From assembly GCA_905195085.1 (NCBI GenBank), contig CAJJUK010000002.1, positions 19,569 through 83,568 on the forward strand: a DNA stretch of 64,000 nucleotides. The letters are read 5' to 3'. Positions 37,101-52,100 of the stretch are shown in pieces (the first letter of the stretch is position 1; each line of letters begins with the position of its first letter). A program made the position numbers and the translations under genes. Below the pieces are notes generated by a model, which worked only from the letters and a program-made list of their open reading frames with translations, was not told the origin of the DNA and did no database searches. The stretch comes from an uncultured Christensenella sp. (lineage in GTDB: Bacteria > Bacillota > Clostridia > Christensenellales > UBA1242).

Positions 37101-40100
37101 ACCTTGATGTATTGTCCACCATTTCCATAGAATGTGATGATGTATGGATTGTTTGTTGCGGTTGCAGAGATGTTGAAGTCAGTTGTATCTGCGATGATAT
37201 AGTATGTGCCAGCATCTTCTTGCACACCACCGGTCCAGCCTGCAAAACTGTAACCTGTTTCATCATTAACTTTTGTAAGTTCATAGGTCAAAATGACCTT
37301 TGCACCATATTTAACTGAGAATGTTCCAGCTGATGTAAATTCTTTTGTGAATGCATAAGCACCATCTTCTTCGCTGACAGTTGCAACAACTTTTGCAATA
37401 CCTTCTGTCATAGAAACGTTCACATCAATTGAATTTCTCAGATAGTAAACATCAAGAACTGTGCTTCCATCTCCATTGATGATCACTCCACTTGCAAATG
37501 TAGAGTAAGTAAATCCTGGAATTTCTCTCAAGTTCAAGTTGTCAACACTTTCAATTTCTTCGTCAGTGTAACCTTGTTTTGTTTCGTCATATTGACTGTC
37601 ATAAACATAATCATTTTCAAAGTCGCTTCCACCACTGCTGCTCATCTTTTCCAAATGATAGTGAACAGTGAAATCAACTTGCATTGTGGTTGCATTGATA
37701 TAAATTGTAAGGTTTTCATCTGGCATTTCTGCAATAACAAATCCAGTTTCTTCATCTCCTGTCACATAAGCAGATGACCAACTTTCAAATTCAAATCCAT
37801 CTCTGATGTCATAAATCAATCTAACTTCTGCACCATAACGAACTGAATATTGTTTTTCGTTTTCTGGCACATCTTCTGTGATTTCAACAACATAGAAGTC
37901 ATCTTTTTCTGCAGTAAGACTTGAAATACCTTTTGTTGTTTGCAATGTCAATGTGTAGCTGTTTCTTGAGTAGTAAACATTAACAATTGTTGTGTTGTTT
38001 TCTGGTTTAACAGTGATTCCTGTTTCCATTCTATCGTATGTAAATCCGTCAAACTCAACCAATTTTTCGGAAATCATATCATAAGTGATTTCTGTGTCAA
38101 CATTTGCTGAAAGAATTGCATCAGCCACATCAGGATCTGTTTCATAACCTGTTCCATCCAACTTTTCAAAATTGTATCTGATGTTGTATTCAAATGGCAA
38201 TGCTGTCACAGTCACAACAAATGTCATGTTTGAATCGATTTCAAATTCATATGGCAAATCTTCAGAAGTCAAAACTCCGTCTTGTCCATATGTGATTTGG
38301 TCAAGTACATATCCGTCAGAAACTTCAACAGAAACTGACACAGTTGCACCAAATTTGTATTCTCCGTCACCTGTGACTGACTTAACTCCAAGTCTTGGTG
38401 TCACGAAGTCAACAGTGTAGATTTCTCTTGTGTAATACAATCTCAAAACAAGTGAAGAATCTCCAGCAACAACACCGCTCAAAAGTGTGTTTTCATGGTT
38501 TAGATTGATTTCGAATCCTTCAATTGTCAGTTGTTCGATTTCAACTTCTGTTCCTGTGACACTGTCAATGAATTTGCTTCGAGTTGAATCAAGTGTGTAT
38601 TCATCATTGTCAACATTTTCGAGATAGTATTCAACTTTATATTGTGCTGCGCCAACTGACCAAATTGCATAAACAACAACTTCGCCATTATCTTCGCTTG
38701 TCAGGTTGAACACATAATACTTGCCTTCAAACAAGTAGATTCCACCTTCTTTGCCTTCTCCAATCAGATAAGCAGTAAGGTTTTCATATTCTCCAATGTC
38801 TGCAACACTTTCAAAGTCAGCAGACGTTCCATTTGTAGTTGACCAACCAACAAAGTTGTATCCTGCTCTGTTTGTTGTTCCAACAATCTCAACTGCTTGG
38901 TCATAGACTGCAGGCAAGTTTTCAACTGCAGAACCAAGGTTTGTCTCAAATGTCACAACATAGTCGTTTGGTGTCCAAACAGCCTTCATTGTAACTTCGC
39001 CATTGTCAACATCAGTCAAGTTTCTAACTGAAGCGCCAAGAGCATAACTTGTGTCATCATATGACCAGCCAGTAAGTGTGTAACCTTCTCTGCTGAAACC
39101 TTCGCCATTGCTCAAGTTAACATCTTCACCATAAGCAACACTTTCAGATGCAATCATACCTTCTCCACCATTAGGATCATAGTGGATTGTGTATTGATTT
39201 GCTTCAACGTTGGCACGAATTGTCACATCACCAGCAGTTTCATATTTATAATCAAATGTTTCTACTGTTGATTCAATTTCATCTTCAACTGTCCAGTTGC
39301 TGAAATGATATCCAGCATATACTGAAGCTGTCAATCTTACTCTTGTGTCAAATACAACTGTATATTGATTTGCAATTCCTTCAACAGGAGTTGCTCCAAG
39401 AACTATGATGTCCAATTGTTCCAAATTCTTATCAACCGTAAGTGTGAATGTCTTTGGAGTCCAAATTGCATAAACTGTGGTTGCAGTTGTTGTGTCACAC
39501 ATTTCACTGCTCAAAATTTCATCAGTTCCGTCAAGATTTGAAGAGAATTTAACAAAATCATAACCATCTCTTGTCACACTCAAAAGGTTTGCAAATTCAA
39601 CATAATCTGTGCCCGTTTGAGATGTGTAGAGAATTGAATAGTCGCTGTCGTATGTTGCATAGAGTGTCAAAACTCCCTTATTGATCAAATCTTTCAAAGC
39701 AACATCTTCGTTTGTTGTCACATCAAATGTTGCTGTGGTTGAACCATTGTTGAAGTTCACATCATTCAAATTGAAGTTCACTGCATAGCGTCTTGCTTGC
39801 CATTGAGCCGTCAATGTGTCATCTCCAACACCATAAGTGTATGTGTATCCAGTGTCAGTTTCAACCAAATTGCCATGGAAATCTGCACTCTTGCTCCAAC
39901 CTGTGAATGTGTATCCTTCTCTTGAAGGAGTCAAAACTGCATAAGTGCTTGCGTAGTTTTGTGTAACTTCAAACAAATCAGCACTTCCATTATACAAACC
40001 ACCTGCTGGGTCAATTGTCAAAGTGAATGTCCTGATTGTTGCTTGAGCGGTAAGAGTTGCATTTCCAAGTCCCATTGTCACTGTTTGACTTAATTCACTT

Positions 40101-43100
40101 GCATCAAATCCAGTTGGTTCAGTTCCTGAAACTGCAAAGTTACCCCATGTGTATCCTGAAGATACAGTAACTTCAATCTTGATGCTTTCTTCAAAGTAGA
40201 ATTGTCCAGTTGTAAACTCATTATCATTGACCTTAACACTTGTCACACCTTCTTGCTTGTTGATGGTCAATGTGTATTGATTTCTTGAGAAGTAAACATT
40301 GATTTCCAATGTTCCGTCAGCTTTAACAATAAATTCGCCTTCAACTGTGTTGTTTGATGTTGTCTTTTCTTCTTCATAAGTGAAGCCATCTGGAGCATAA
40401 GTAACATCATTGATTGTCACGCCAGTTCCAGACTTGCCAACATTAACAGGACTGTCAGTTGTTCCGTCATTTCTTGTCACTTCTGTCTTTTCATAGTTAT
40501 CTCTACCAGCAGTTGTTTGCTTGTAGATATTAACCTTATATCCAGTGTTTGTGTTTTCTGTCCAAGTTGCTGTCAATGTCACATTTCCATACATTCCAGC
40601 AGAAACTGTGTTTTCGGTGTAAATGTCATTTTGTTTCCAATTTCCTAATGTCAAATCTCCACCAAAATCAGTTGTAACTTTCCAGCCTGCAAAGGTGTAA
40701 CCAACCTTAATTATGCTTGGAAGGTTGATGTCAACTTCCTTAGTGTAGTTTGTTGTGTAATCTGTTCCAGCCACACCACTTATTGTTCCGCCATCTTCCA
40801 CATAAGAAATTGTGTAAGGATTTGCGGTATAAACAACAGTGATTGTCTCGTTGCTTGCTGGCATATTTGCAAAACCTACTCTTGTTTGATCTGCAGTGTA
40901 ACCATAAAGCACTGGGCTGTCAATGTATGCTTCTGCACCAAATTTGACTGTGATTGATTGATCTTCAAATGCCTTTGTTCCAGCAATTCCCTCAACACTT
41001 TCTTCTGAATAAACATATTCAACTGTCAATGTGTAAGAATTAATTGTCCAGTAAGCAAAGATTTCGCTTTCTGCAGTGAGATCAAATTTTGTAGTTGCCA
41101 AAATTTCTGTTGCGTCAGCAGTGCTTTCATCAGCCTCTATAGGTGTTGTGAACCAACCTTCAAATGAATGACCTTCTCTTTGAAGTCCAAGACTTTCAAG
41201 AGTTACTGCTGTTCCGTCAGCGGTGTAGAGAGTTCCATAAGTTCCGTTGTATTCTCCATACAAAGTGATGATTCCGTCAACAACAGGAGCATCAACATTT
41301 TCACTTACAACTTCATCTGCTCCAGCATTTACATTCAATTTAACAACATATCTGTTTGCAGATGCTGTTGCAACCAATTGAACTGTTGTGCTTGGCATAG
41401 TGAGCATTGCAGTTGCTTTTGTGTTTTCTTCTGTGATTTCCAAATTATCTACTGCATATCCAGTGAAGCCAGTCATTGAATATCCTGTATTTGATGTTGC
41501 AGTAAGAGTGATGTTTGCACCATATTGAACCAAATATGCTTTTGCATTGACTGCATCTTCATCAGGTTCTTGTTCAATCAAGCCTGTTCCACTTGCAGTT
41601 GCCGCAGCCACACCTGTTCCAGCTTCCAAAGTGAGAGCATACTCTTCTCTTGCATAATAATATGTGATTGATGCATTTCCGTCAGCTGTGATTGTCAACT
41701 GTTGAAGAGCAGGAGCTCTGAAACCTGTGTAGGTCTTAGTTGCTGGTGTAACCACGCTGTCTGTTGCACCACTCAATGTGTCAGTGTCAATCAATGTGCT
41801 GTTTTCGTCTGTAAAGTTGTCATAAACTCCAACATTTACTTGGCGATGATATACTTTGTATGCAGTGTTTTCATTTGCTGTCCAATATGCATACAATACA
41901 GTTTCGTTATTTGCTGTCGCAAAGGCTGTGTCAGCAGCAATCTTCTCGCCTGTGACTGACTCAGTTCCAAGAAGGTTTCTCGCTGTGTAGAATCCGTTGA
42001 ATGTGTATCCTTCTCTTGCGATTGTGATGTCATCAATGCTGTAAGCCGTTTCACTTTCAGTTTCTGATGCATTGATAAACATTTCAGAATAATTTGTTCC
42101 ATATGTCACATACAATTCAACCTTTCCGTTGTTAACTGTTCCAACACTGCTTGTTGCAGCGGTTGTTCCATTTCCAGCAACGACATCGTTGAGGTCTAAT
42201 GTGACTTTGTATCTGTTAACTTTCCATGTTGCAGTCAAAGTATCATTTCCTGCACCAAATGTGTAAACAGAACCATTTTCATTTTCTTCAAGATTTCCCT
42301 TGAAGTCTGCACTCTTGCTCCAACCTGTGAATGTGTATCCTTCTCTTGTTGGCGACAAAACTGCATAAGTGCTTCCATAGTTTTGTATAACTTCAAATTC
42401 GTCTGCACTATCACCATACAATCCACCTGCTGGGTCGATTGTCAATGTGAAGCTTCTGATTGTTGCTTGAGCGGTAAGGGTTGCATTTCCAAGTCCCATT
42501 GTCACTGTTTGACTTAATGCACTTGCATCAAATCCAGTTGGTTCAGTTCCTGAAACTGCAAAGTTACCCCATGCGTATCCTTCAGAAACAGTGACATCAA
42601 TCTTGATGCTTGCGCCATACAAGAATTCGCCTGTTGTGAATTCAACATCATTAACTTTGACACTTGTTACACCTTCTTGCTTGTCAATTGTCAATGTGTA
42701 AGGTATTCTGTCAAAGTAAACTTGAACAACCAAACTTCCATCTGCAACAACAACTGTTGAGTTGTCGGTTTTGTTTGTTGCAAACTTGCCGGCATTATAT
42801 CTAAATCCGTCAAATGCATATGTAACATCATTGATTGTCACACTTGTGCTTGTTGAAGAAATTGCCAAAGCTTCGTCTGTTGTTCCGTCGATTCTTGACA
42901 TTGTGTCAAGCAATTGATAATTGTCTCCACCAGCAGTTGTCTGTTGATAGATTTCAACCTTATATCCAGTGTTTGTATTTGCTGTCCAAACAGCATACAA
43001 GTCAACAACAACTCCATCTTCAGTTGTCAAGTCGATGACATTTGCTTTATCAGCAAAGTCAACATTTGAACTTCCTTGAGTTCTTGTCCAACCTTGGAAT

Positions 43101-46100
43101 GTAAATCCAGGTTTCACAAATGTATTTGCTGGCAAGTCTTTTGCAACACCATATGTCATTGCCAAATCGTCCATATCTCCTGTTCCGGTGTTTGCATTGA
43201 ATCTGATTGTATATTCATGAACTTTCCAACTTGCATACAAGGTTGTTCCGCTTGCAAGAATCCAGTTTCCGCTTTCATCTGTGTAACCTTCAACACCTGC
43301 TTGCAATGTTCCATCTGTTCCAATAACAACATCACCAGTGTTCAAACCTGTTGTCCAGCCAAGGAATGTGTGTCCTGTTCTTTCTGGATTGTCGATTGAA
43401 GAACCAAGTGTTGGGCTGTCATATGTTGCAACAACAGATTTTGTTCCCTCTGTGGTTGCACTGTTTTGATCAAGTGTAATTGTGTATTCATTTGCTTTCC
43501 ATTGTGCAGTAAGTGTGATGCTTCCATATGTATCAACTGAAATTGTCAAAACTCCAGTGTTCAATGTTGGAAGAGTTGAAGAATGAACATCATCTGTCCA
43601 ACCAACTGTCCAACCTTGGAAGCTGTATCCTGACTTGCTTGGAGAAGCAATTGTGAATGTCTTTTCATTTATTGATGTATAGTAAACAAGAATGTTAGAA
43701 TCATCATTTTCACCACCATCAAGTTCATAATTGACATCAAAAGCTTTTCCTGTGAAGTTCAACACAACAACAATGTTTTCACTATACATATCAAATGTGA
43801 TTTCTGCAAAGGTTGTCACATCACTTTCAGCAAGAGTTGTTCCGCCTTCAATGCTGTAACCTGCATAATCATATCCTGCATAGAGTGTCAAGTTGTTGAT
43901 TGTTATTGTCGCTCCAAAGTCAACCATCAGATTTCTGTCGTTCACACCAGTAACTTCACCAACACCTTCAATTGTGATGTTGAATGTGTTCAATCCTGTT
44001 GTGTCACTGAGAGTATCTTCAGAGTAACTGTTGAACAAACCTTTAATGTCAAGAGCGTATTGATTTCTTGTGTAGTAATAATTTACAACAGTTGAGCCAT
44101 CCGCCTTAACCGTCACAGTCTGTGTTGATGGAGATGTAAATCCATCATAAGACTTAACAGCTGGTGTCACATTTTCGTCTGTTGTTCCATCTGTGAACAC
44201 TTCTGTTCCATCTTCTGCCAATTCCCAATGGTCAGGATTTGCAGTGTCTGGTGTTTCAATACCAACTTTTTCAAGATAATGATTTACCGTATATTTTGTA
44301 TTTGAGTTCTTTGTCCAATATGCGTAGATCACAGTGTCATTATTTGCTGTTGCAAATCCTGTTGCACTTGTGATTTGTGTTGCACCTTCAGTGCTTTCAC
44401 CAATCATAATCGCTTTGTCAAAGAAGCCTGCAAAAGTATATCCAGCTCTTGTCAAAGTTTCTGATGTGAAATCTGCAAATGTCACAACTTCATCATCAGC
44501 ATTATACAATGTTTCGTATGTTCCATTATAAACTGCATAAAGAACAATCTTTCCATTGACAACTTCTGCATTTGCAACGATTGTGCTTGCAGCAGTTGTT
44601 CCGTTTCCGACTGTAACATCGTTCAAGTCGATTGTAACCATAAACTTATCTGCATGCCATGTTGCAACCAAAGTGTCGTTTCCTGCACCAAATCTATACA
44701 AACCATCTTGCAATGTTCCAAAGGCTTCTCCGCCTGCTGTTGCAGAAAGTGACCAACCATCAAACACATATCCTGTGCGTGTTGGGTTGGAAATTGTGAG
44801 AGTTGAGTTGTAGTTTTGAGTGATTGTAATCACTTCAGAACTGCCTTCATAAATTCCTTCTGCAGGATTGATTGTCAATGTGTAGCTGTTGATTGTTGCT
44901 GTGGCCATAATTGTAAATTCATCAGTATAGTCACTGACAACAACGCTGTAAACTCCATTTTCTTCAGAAACTGAACTGATTGTTGCAGTTCCACCTGTCA
45001 CTGTGAAGGCAATTCCAGTTGCTCCATAACCGGTGTTTGCCTTTGCATAGATTGTCAAAGTTGTTCCTGTCGAAACTGTTGTCTCAACCGAAGTCTCAAA
45101 ACTTAAATTATCAATGCTTACAGTTGTGTTTGTTGAATTGATTGTTGCTTTGTAAGAATTTGCTGTTGCAACCACTGTGATTTCAACATCACCAACAATA
45201 AACTCTCCACTGATTGAGATAACTCCAGTTGTTTGAGTGTAAGTATATTCATCAGCTTCCAAAGTTCTATCCCCAACAACCACAGTGATGCTTCCTGGAA
45301 GTGAATATCCTACATTTGCTGAAATTTTTGCTTCAAAATCTGTTCCACTGGCAATTTCATCATTTTCTGGTCCGCTAACCAAAACTGCATTTGTAAGACG
45401 ATATGTGATTGAATTTGTTTCAGCTTTCCATTGTGCTGTGAGAGTCACATCTCCGTAAGCACCTTTGTTGATCATTGTTGTAAATTCATCACCCATCTTG
45501 AATGATGTTTCATCGGCAACTTTTGTTACTTCCCAATGTGAGAATGTGAAGCCTGTCTTTGTTGGTTGAAGCAATGTCACATCATTTTCAATTGTGAACT
45601 TCTGGCTGTCGGAAGAAACTTCTCCGCCATTAGCATCATAAGTCAAAGTATATTCAATTGCTGTGTAGTAAACATTCTCTACAACATCTGCACCGTCAAT
45701 TGTGCAAGAAACTGAATCTCTGTCCGCTGTGTATCCTGTGATGACAGGAGATGTTTCTGTGTGAGATTCTTCATGTTTCAAAGTCATAGAAAATTCAGAT
45801 GTGATTGGTGTAGTTGTGTCAACATAATAATAGTTGATTGTGAATGTGTATGACATTCTTGCATAGTAAACATAAACCACGCTTGAACCGTCACCTTTGA
45901 TTGTGACAACGTTGTATGTGCCGTCTTCTTCATTCAACACACCAAAGTTGCTGTATTCAAATCCCTTAACTGTTGGAATTGAACCAGTTTCTTCATCTTC
46001 TCCTTTGTTTGCTTCTTCAATCATCGCACGAGTGATGATGCTCTCTGTTTGTCCATGTCCAACTTTTCCAAAGTCTGCAGAAAGTTCTGCGTCTTCAACG

Positions 46101-49100
46101 AACTCTCCGTCAAGACTTTCGAAGAGATATACAATGTTGAATGCTGTGTCTGCATTCTTTGTTGTGCTTGCTGTCAAAGTGAAGTTTCCAGCTGGCATAG
46201 TGAATGTGTATGAGTAAACATTGCCTTGAACTGTACATTGTTCAGCAGAAACATTTCCAAACAAGCTTGGATTGCTTGAAGCAAATCCTGCGAATGTGTA
46301 GCCCACATTGATTGTTGCTGTGATTGTCACTTGTTTTCCAAAGTCATAAATTGCACTTCCAGTAACTCCAGCGACACCATTATCTCCAGCAACAGAGTTA
46401 ACTGTCAAGGTGTAAGCATTTCTTGTGTACCATAAGTTGATTTCCAAACTTCCGTCATTGATAACCACAACGGCATTTGCCTTGTTTGTTGTGAATCCAG
46501 CATATTCAAATCCGGTTCTTACTGTCACATAATCATTGACTGTCACAGAAGAGCCTGTCAATGCTTCATATGTGTTGTTTGCAACAAGAGTAAAGTTGTC
46601 TGTGTTAAATTCATCACTTGCAGCATCAATTTTTTGTTCATAAACATTGACTTTATATTCAACTTCAGTTGCGTTCCAAATTGCATACAATGTCACAGCA
46701 TTATCACCTGCCACTCCTGTTGCCAATTTGTTTGGAGTATCTGTTGCAAGATATGTCACACCAGTTCCATCTGCTTCTGTGTTCCAAGAAACAAACTCAT
46801 ATCCCTCTCTTGTGTAGATTGATGTCAAGTCTGCATTTTCAGTTTCATATTTCAATACTTGAGTTGCACTCTTTCCTTCAATCAAAACTGCACTGCCTTG
46901 ATATCCGCTTCCATCATTTCCGTCAAGAGTCAATGTGTATGTATTTTCTTGCCAGATTGCATAAATTGTGATTTCTCCTTCTTCAGTCAAATTATAAGCA
47001 GAATAATTTGTTCCGTCAAAGTAGATACCTTTTGTTGTTGCATTTTCAACATTTTCGAATTCTGTTGCATTAGCATCTGTTGACCAACCAACAAATGTAT
47101 ATCCAGTTCTCACAAAGCTGTTGGCAGTAAGTTGCACTGGTTCGTCATAGGTCGCAACAGTGTTTGACATTGTTCCAGAACCCTTGTTTGCATTATAAAC
47201 AATTGTGTATGTGTTTTCGCCCCATACAGCAAACAATTCCATGTCTCCCACAATGTCATATTTGAATGTTGCTTCGTCAGCATATGCAACTTCCCCATCA
47301 TCAGTCTTAGACCAACCAAGGAAAGTGTAACCTGCTTTCTCAAAGGTGTTTGCTGGCAATGTCACATCAGAGTCAAATGTTACAGGCACATCAATCTCTG
47401 TTTGACTTGAAGATGTTTGACCACCATTTCCTTTCAATGTGATTGTGTAAGCATTAGCATTTGCAGTTGCTGTCAAAACGACTGCCCTTGTTGGCATTGT
47501 GAATGTTTGTGCATCACTTACAGAAACTTTGCTGTTTTCAGCACTGTCAACCCAACCTGTGAATGAATAACCATTTGATGTCAATGTGTGAGCAAGTTGA
47601 ACTGTCACATTATACATAACATCATATGTATTTGCTTCGTCAGCCTTGCTGATTCCAGGTCCAACGATTGCAGTTGCTATCGCAACGCCGACACTTGTGT
47701 TGAGCGTCAATTTGTATGTTTCACGAACATAATACAAGTTGATAACAAGACTGTCATCGCCGTCAATGTTGAGATTTCCGTTTGTAACAGGTTTGCTATC
47801 TGCCCCTGTATTTCCATTTGATGTTGAAACAACTGTATAGTAAGAATATTGCATTCCAACATAATTTACCGCACTCAATGTGTCAATAGGAGCCAATGTG
47901 TCAGTTGTTCCTGTCTTGCCTGCAGTGTTGGTTGCAATTAAATATTCATCAAATGCACTGTCAAGCACGAAACTCAAATCAGTTTTTTGAACATAATAGT
48001 TCACTTGATATGCAGTGTCACTGTCCGCTGTTGCGTTTGCAGTAAGCATAACTGTTCCAGCAGCCATAGTAAATGTTGCACCTGTGCTTGATGTTTCATT
48101 TGAGATGATAACATTTGCACTTCCGGCATCTTTTGTCCAGTTTGCAAAAGTATAACCAGATTTTGTGGTCGCAGAAAGAGTTACAGTGTCCCCATATCTC
48201 ACACTGTATGTGTTTTCTGTGTTTGTCACGGTTCCTGTTGCGTCAAGGCTCACATTTGCAATGCCTTTGTTTGCTGAAAGCACAACAGAATAACTGTTTC
48301 TTGTGTAATAAAGTCTGATTACAAGATTTCCTTCACCATTGATGTTGAGAGAGCCATTCAATTCTTCGTCATCACTGGTTGTGATTCCCACTGTATAGTG
48401 GTCATAAGCAAAACCTTCATAGGTTGTGTTGCTGTAATTTGAGATGTCAACCAAAGTATCTGTTGTTCCAGTTTGTGTTTGTCTTGAACCAAAGATTGTG
48501 TAGTTGTCATCTGCGATGTTTTGTTGATAGTATTCAACATAATAGTTAACATTTTGAGCAGTTGCAGTTGCTGTCAAGTAAACGCCAAGTGTTGTGTCTG
48601 GCATTGTGAACTTGTTGTCCACAACTTCAACTGATGTGTATCCTTCTTGATTTACCCAAGAGTTGAATGCATAACCAGGTTTAAGGTTCGCTTTCAAAGT
48701 TACTTCTGCTTGATATTTAACAGTGTAAACTCCGTCAGCCCCACCAGAAACACCAGTTCCCGTTGCTTCAACACTGTCAACACCTTTGCTTGTAGCCAAT
48801 GTCAAGGTGTAGGTCTGTCTTGTGTAGAATGCATAGATTTTTGTAATTCCGACAGACACACCTTCTTGTTCTTCTGCTTGAATGGTATCCCCATTATATT
48901 CATAATATTTATAACTAAAACCAGTATAGTCATATTTATAGATATAATTTTCTACCTTATCTGCAATCAAAGCATTATTATGTGTCTCTGCTCTAACCTG
49001 CAAATATGTCACACCATTATAGTTTACTTTCGTTGGAACTTCAGGATATTTATCATCTGCTGTTGCTCCATTTTCATCTTTTTGATAATCGGCAAAATCT

Positions 49101-52100
49101 GGTGCAGAAGCATCATAAGACAATTCTTCCAAATAATAGTAAACTGTGTAAGAAATATCTGTTCTTCCAATCCATGTTGCGTACAATGTCAAGCCTTCAT
49201 CTCCAATATCCCATACAACATCATTTGCATCAACAAATGAATTTTGGACTGTCTCAACCAAGACAAGGGTTGTACTTGGAGTATTGTCTTCATTTCTTTC
49301 AACATAAACATACTTGACAGCGTCAGAACCTTCTCCTCTTTCAAAGATGTATTCTTCTCCAATATCTTCTTCTGGAGTTGCTCCATCAAGATCTAAATAT
49401 TGTTCCAAAGACAAGGCACGATACATATCACTTGTCGACCAACCATCAAAGTAATAACCCGCAAGTGAAGGTGTTGGCCAGAACCCATCTTGTCCGAAGG
49501 TTTGTGCATAATAAACCGTCTTTGATGTTTCTGAAATTGTAATATCTGAACCATCAGAAGGTTTAGTAGTAATCACATCAAAGTTAACCGTATAAGCCTT
49601 TGGTGAATAATTTGCATGAACAACCAAATCATTTGCATAAGCCCAAATTCCATTGTCTGTGATTATGCTTGCTGCGGTCGCATTGTTTTGCAATACACCA
49701 CTGTTGTCAAACAACATTGTTCCACCATTTGCAGTTGTAAAGAAGCCTGTCAAGTTGTAACCTGTCTTGCTGTATTTTGAAACGTCAGTAATAAGTTTTC
49801 CACTTGTGTAATCATTTCCATAAACAACAGACAATGTGTCAACTGTTGCTCCGTCTTCTTGAACTTGAATTTCAAAAGTTTGTGCTTGCCAAATTGCATA
49901 CAATGTTGTATTTCCAGCAACTTGGTAAACGAATTTGTTGTTTTCTGCAGTGTATGTTGGAGTTGTCGCATTTGGATTTTCATCCCAACCCAAGAATGTG
50001 TAACCAGTGATTGAGAATCCGTTCTCTGCAACTGTCACTTCTTGTCCATAAACTGCAGGTGTTGAAGCTGTTGAGCCTTCAACATTTCCATACAAGGCAG
50101 TCTGATTTGATGCAATTGTGTTTGCATTGTAAATGATGTTATATGTGTTTGCTTTCCATACTGCATACAATGTCAAATCGCCATCAATTGTATAGTTTAT
50201 TTTGCTTCCAACTGTGTATTCTGCTGAGGTTGCAGAATCTGAAGTGGACCAACCAAGGAAGGTGTGTCCTTCTTTTGTCCAACCCATTCCGTTTTCAGCC
50301 GTATTGTCAAGGAATGTATATTCACTGTCATAAGTTGCACCATCAGCATCTGTCTTGCTTTGTGATTGTCCATTATTTGAATTGTAAATCACATCATATT
50401 TGTTTGCAGTCCAGATTGCATACAAAACAAGGTTTGAGGTTGTTGTGTGAGTGTAATCTGCACCAGCAACATAGTCCTCTCCAGTTCCGTCTGCCTTGGT
50501 GTTCCATCTGTCAAATGTATAACCTGTTCTTGTTGCAGTGCTTGCTTCAAGAATGTTTGTAGGTTCATTGAAGATTACTTTTTGATTGTAAGTTTCAGCT
50601 CCGTTGACAAAACCGTTGTTACCATTATAGATAACTTGGAATCCAACCGCTTCCGAAACACCATTGATTGTCAAGTTGCTTGCTGGCATAATGAAGGTGT
50701 TGTTTGAAACTGTGACAATGTCATCTTCAACTTCCCAACGAGCAAAGCTGTAACCAGTCTGAATTGAAGTGTAAGAAAGTTCAACTGAAGCCGTAACTTT
50801 GATTGTGTAAACATTTCCTTCTTTCAAACTTACACCAACACCTGTTGCTTTCACTCCGTTGATGCGTTCGTCAGCTGTCAAAGTAAGTTCATATGTTTCA
50901 AGTTTGTAATAAACAAAGAGCTCCAAACTTCCATCACCAGCAATGTTTCCACTCAAGAGAGTTCCTTCAACATTGCTGTCATGTTGATAATTTGTATAAT
51001 CCTTCACAGTAGCTGTTGCAGTTGTATCTGTTGTTCCAGTCAAGTTTTCTGTTTCAAACAAATCAAATCCACCCGCAAGGTTTTCTCTGTAATGGTAAAC
51101 TGTGTAAGGAGTGTTTGTGTTTGGTTCTGCATAAACTTCAACAGTAACTGCTTGATTTGGCATTGTGAACACTGTAGGATTTGTTGAAGTTTCAGTTGCT
51201 CCTGTAAGTGTGATTACAGCGTTTGTTGCATAACCAGCTTTTGTAACCACTGTAACTGTCAAAACTTCTCCAAAGAAAACTTCAACAGTGTCATTTGATG
51301 TGAATGAATTTCCATCTTCCCTTGTTGAGTAAGAAATGTCAACACTGACAATTCCCGCTCCAATTTCAACAGAAACATCATTTGAATTTCTTGTGTAGAG
51401 CAAGTAAACTTCCAAACTTCCATCTGCAAGAATAATGATGCTGTTGCTTCCAGAGTTTGTCAACATTGTTCCCATTGATGTGAATCCATCAATAGACTTA
51501 AAGTCATAAACCGCATTAGTTCCTGTCTTTCCGGTTTTTGTTTCTGAATCAATAATTGTAAAGTTATTTCTGTTTTCAACAGTAAAGTCTGTCAAATCAT
51601 TTCTTGCTGCATCAACTGTCTGTCCATAGTAAATAACTTTGTATGTCACATCACTTGATGTCCAAACTGCGTACAATGTGATGCTTCCACCATCTGTTTC
51701 AACAAGTCCAGTTGGTTTATCTGTCGCCAAGAAGTCAGGGCTTGCTGCTTCTGCGTCATAAGCCCAACCAGCGAATGTGTAACCTGTTCTTGTGTAGATT
51801 TCACCCAAATCTGCTGCTGCAGTGTATTTCAATGTTTGAGTTTTGCTCTTTCCAGCAATAAGTTCTGCAGAACCTTGATAGTTTGCATCATTTGCATCAA
51901 GTGTCAATGTGTAAGAATTTTCTGACCATACCGCAAACAATTCCATGTTGCCGGCTTTCGAATATGTGAATTTTGCCCCGTCAACGTAGTCTGCACTTGT
52001 TGCATCTGAGTTTTCACTCCAGCCAAGGAAGGTGTAACCTGTTCTTACAAATGCGTTTGCCGTCAATGTGACTTCTGTGTTGAATGTCACATCAATTGGA

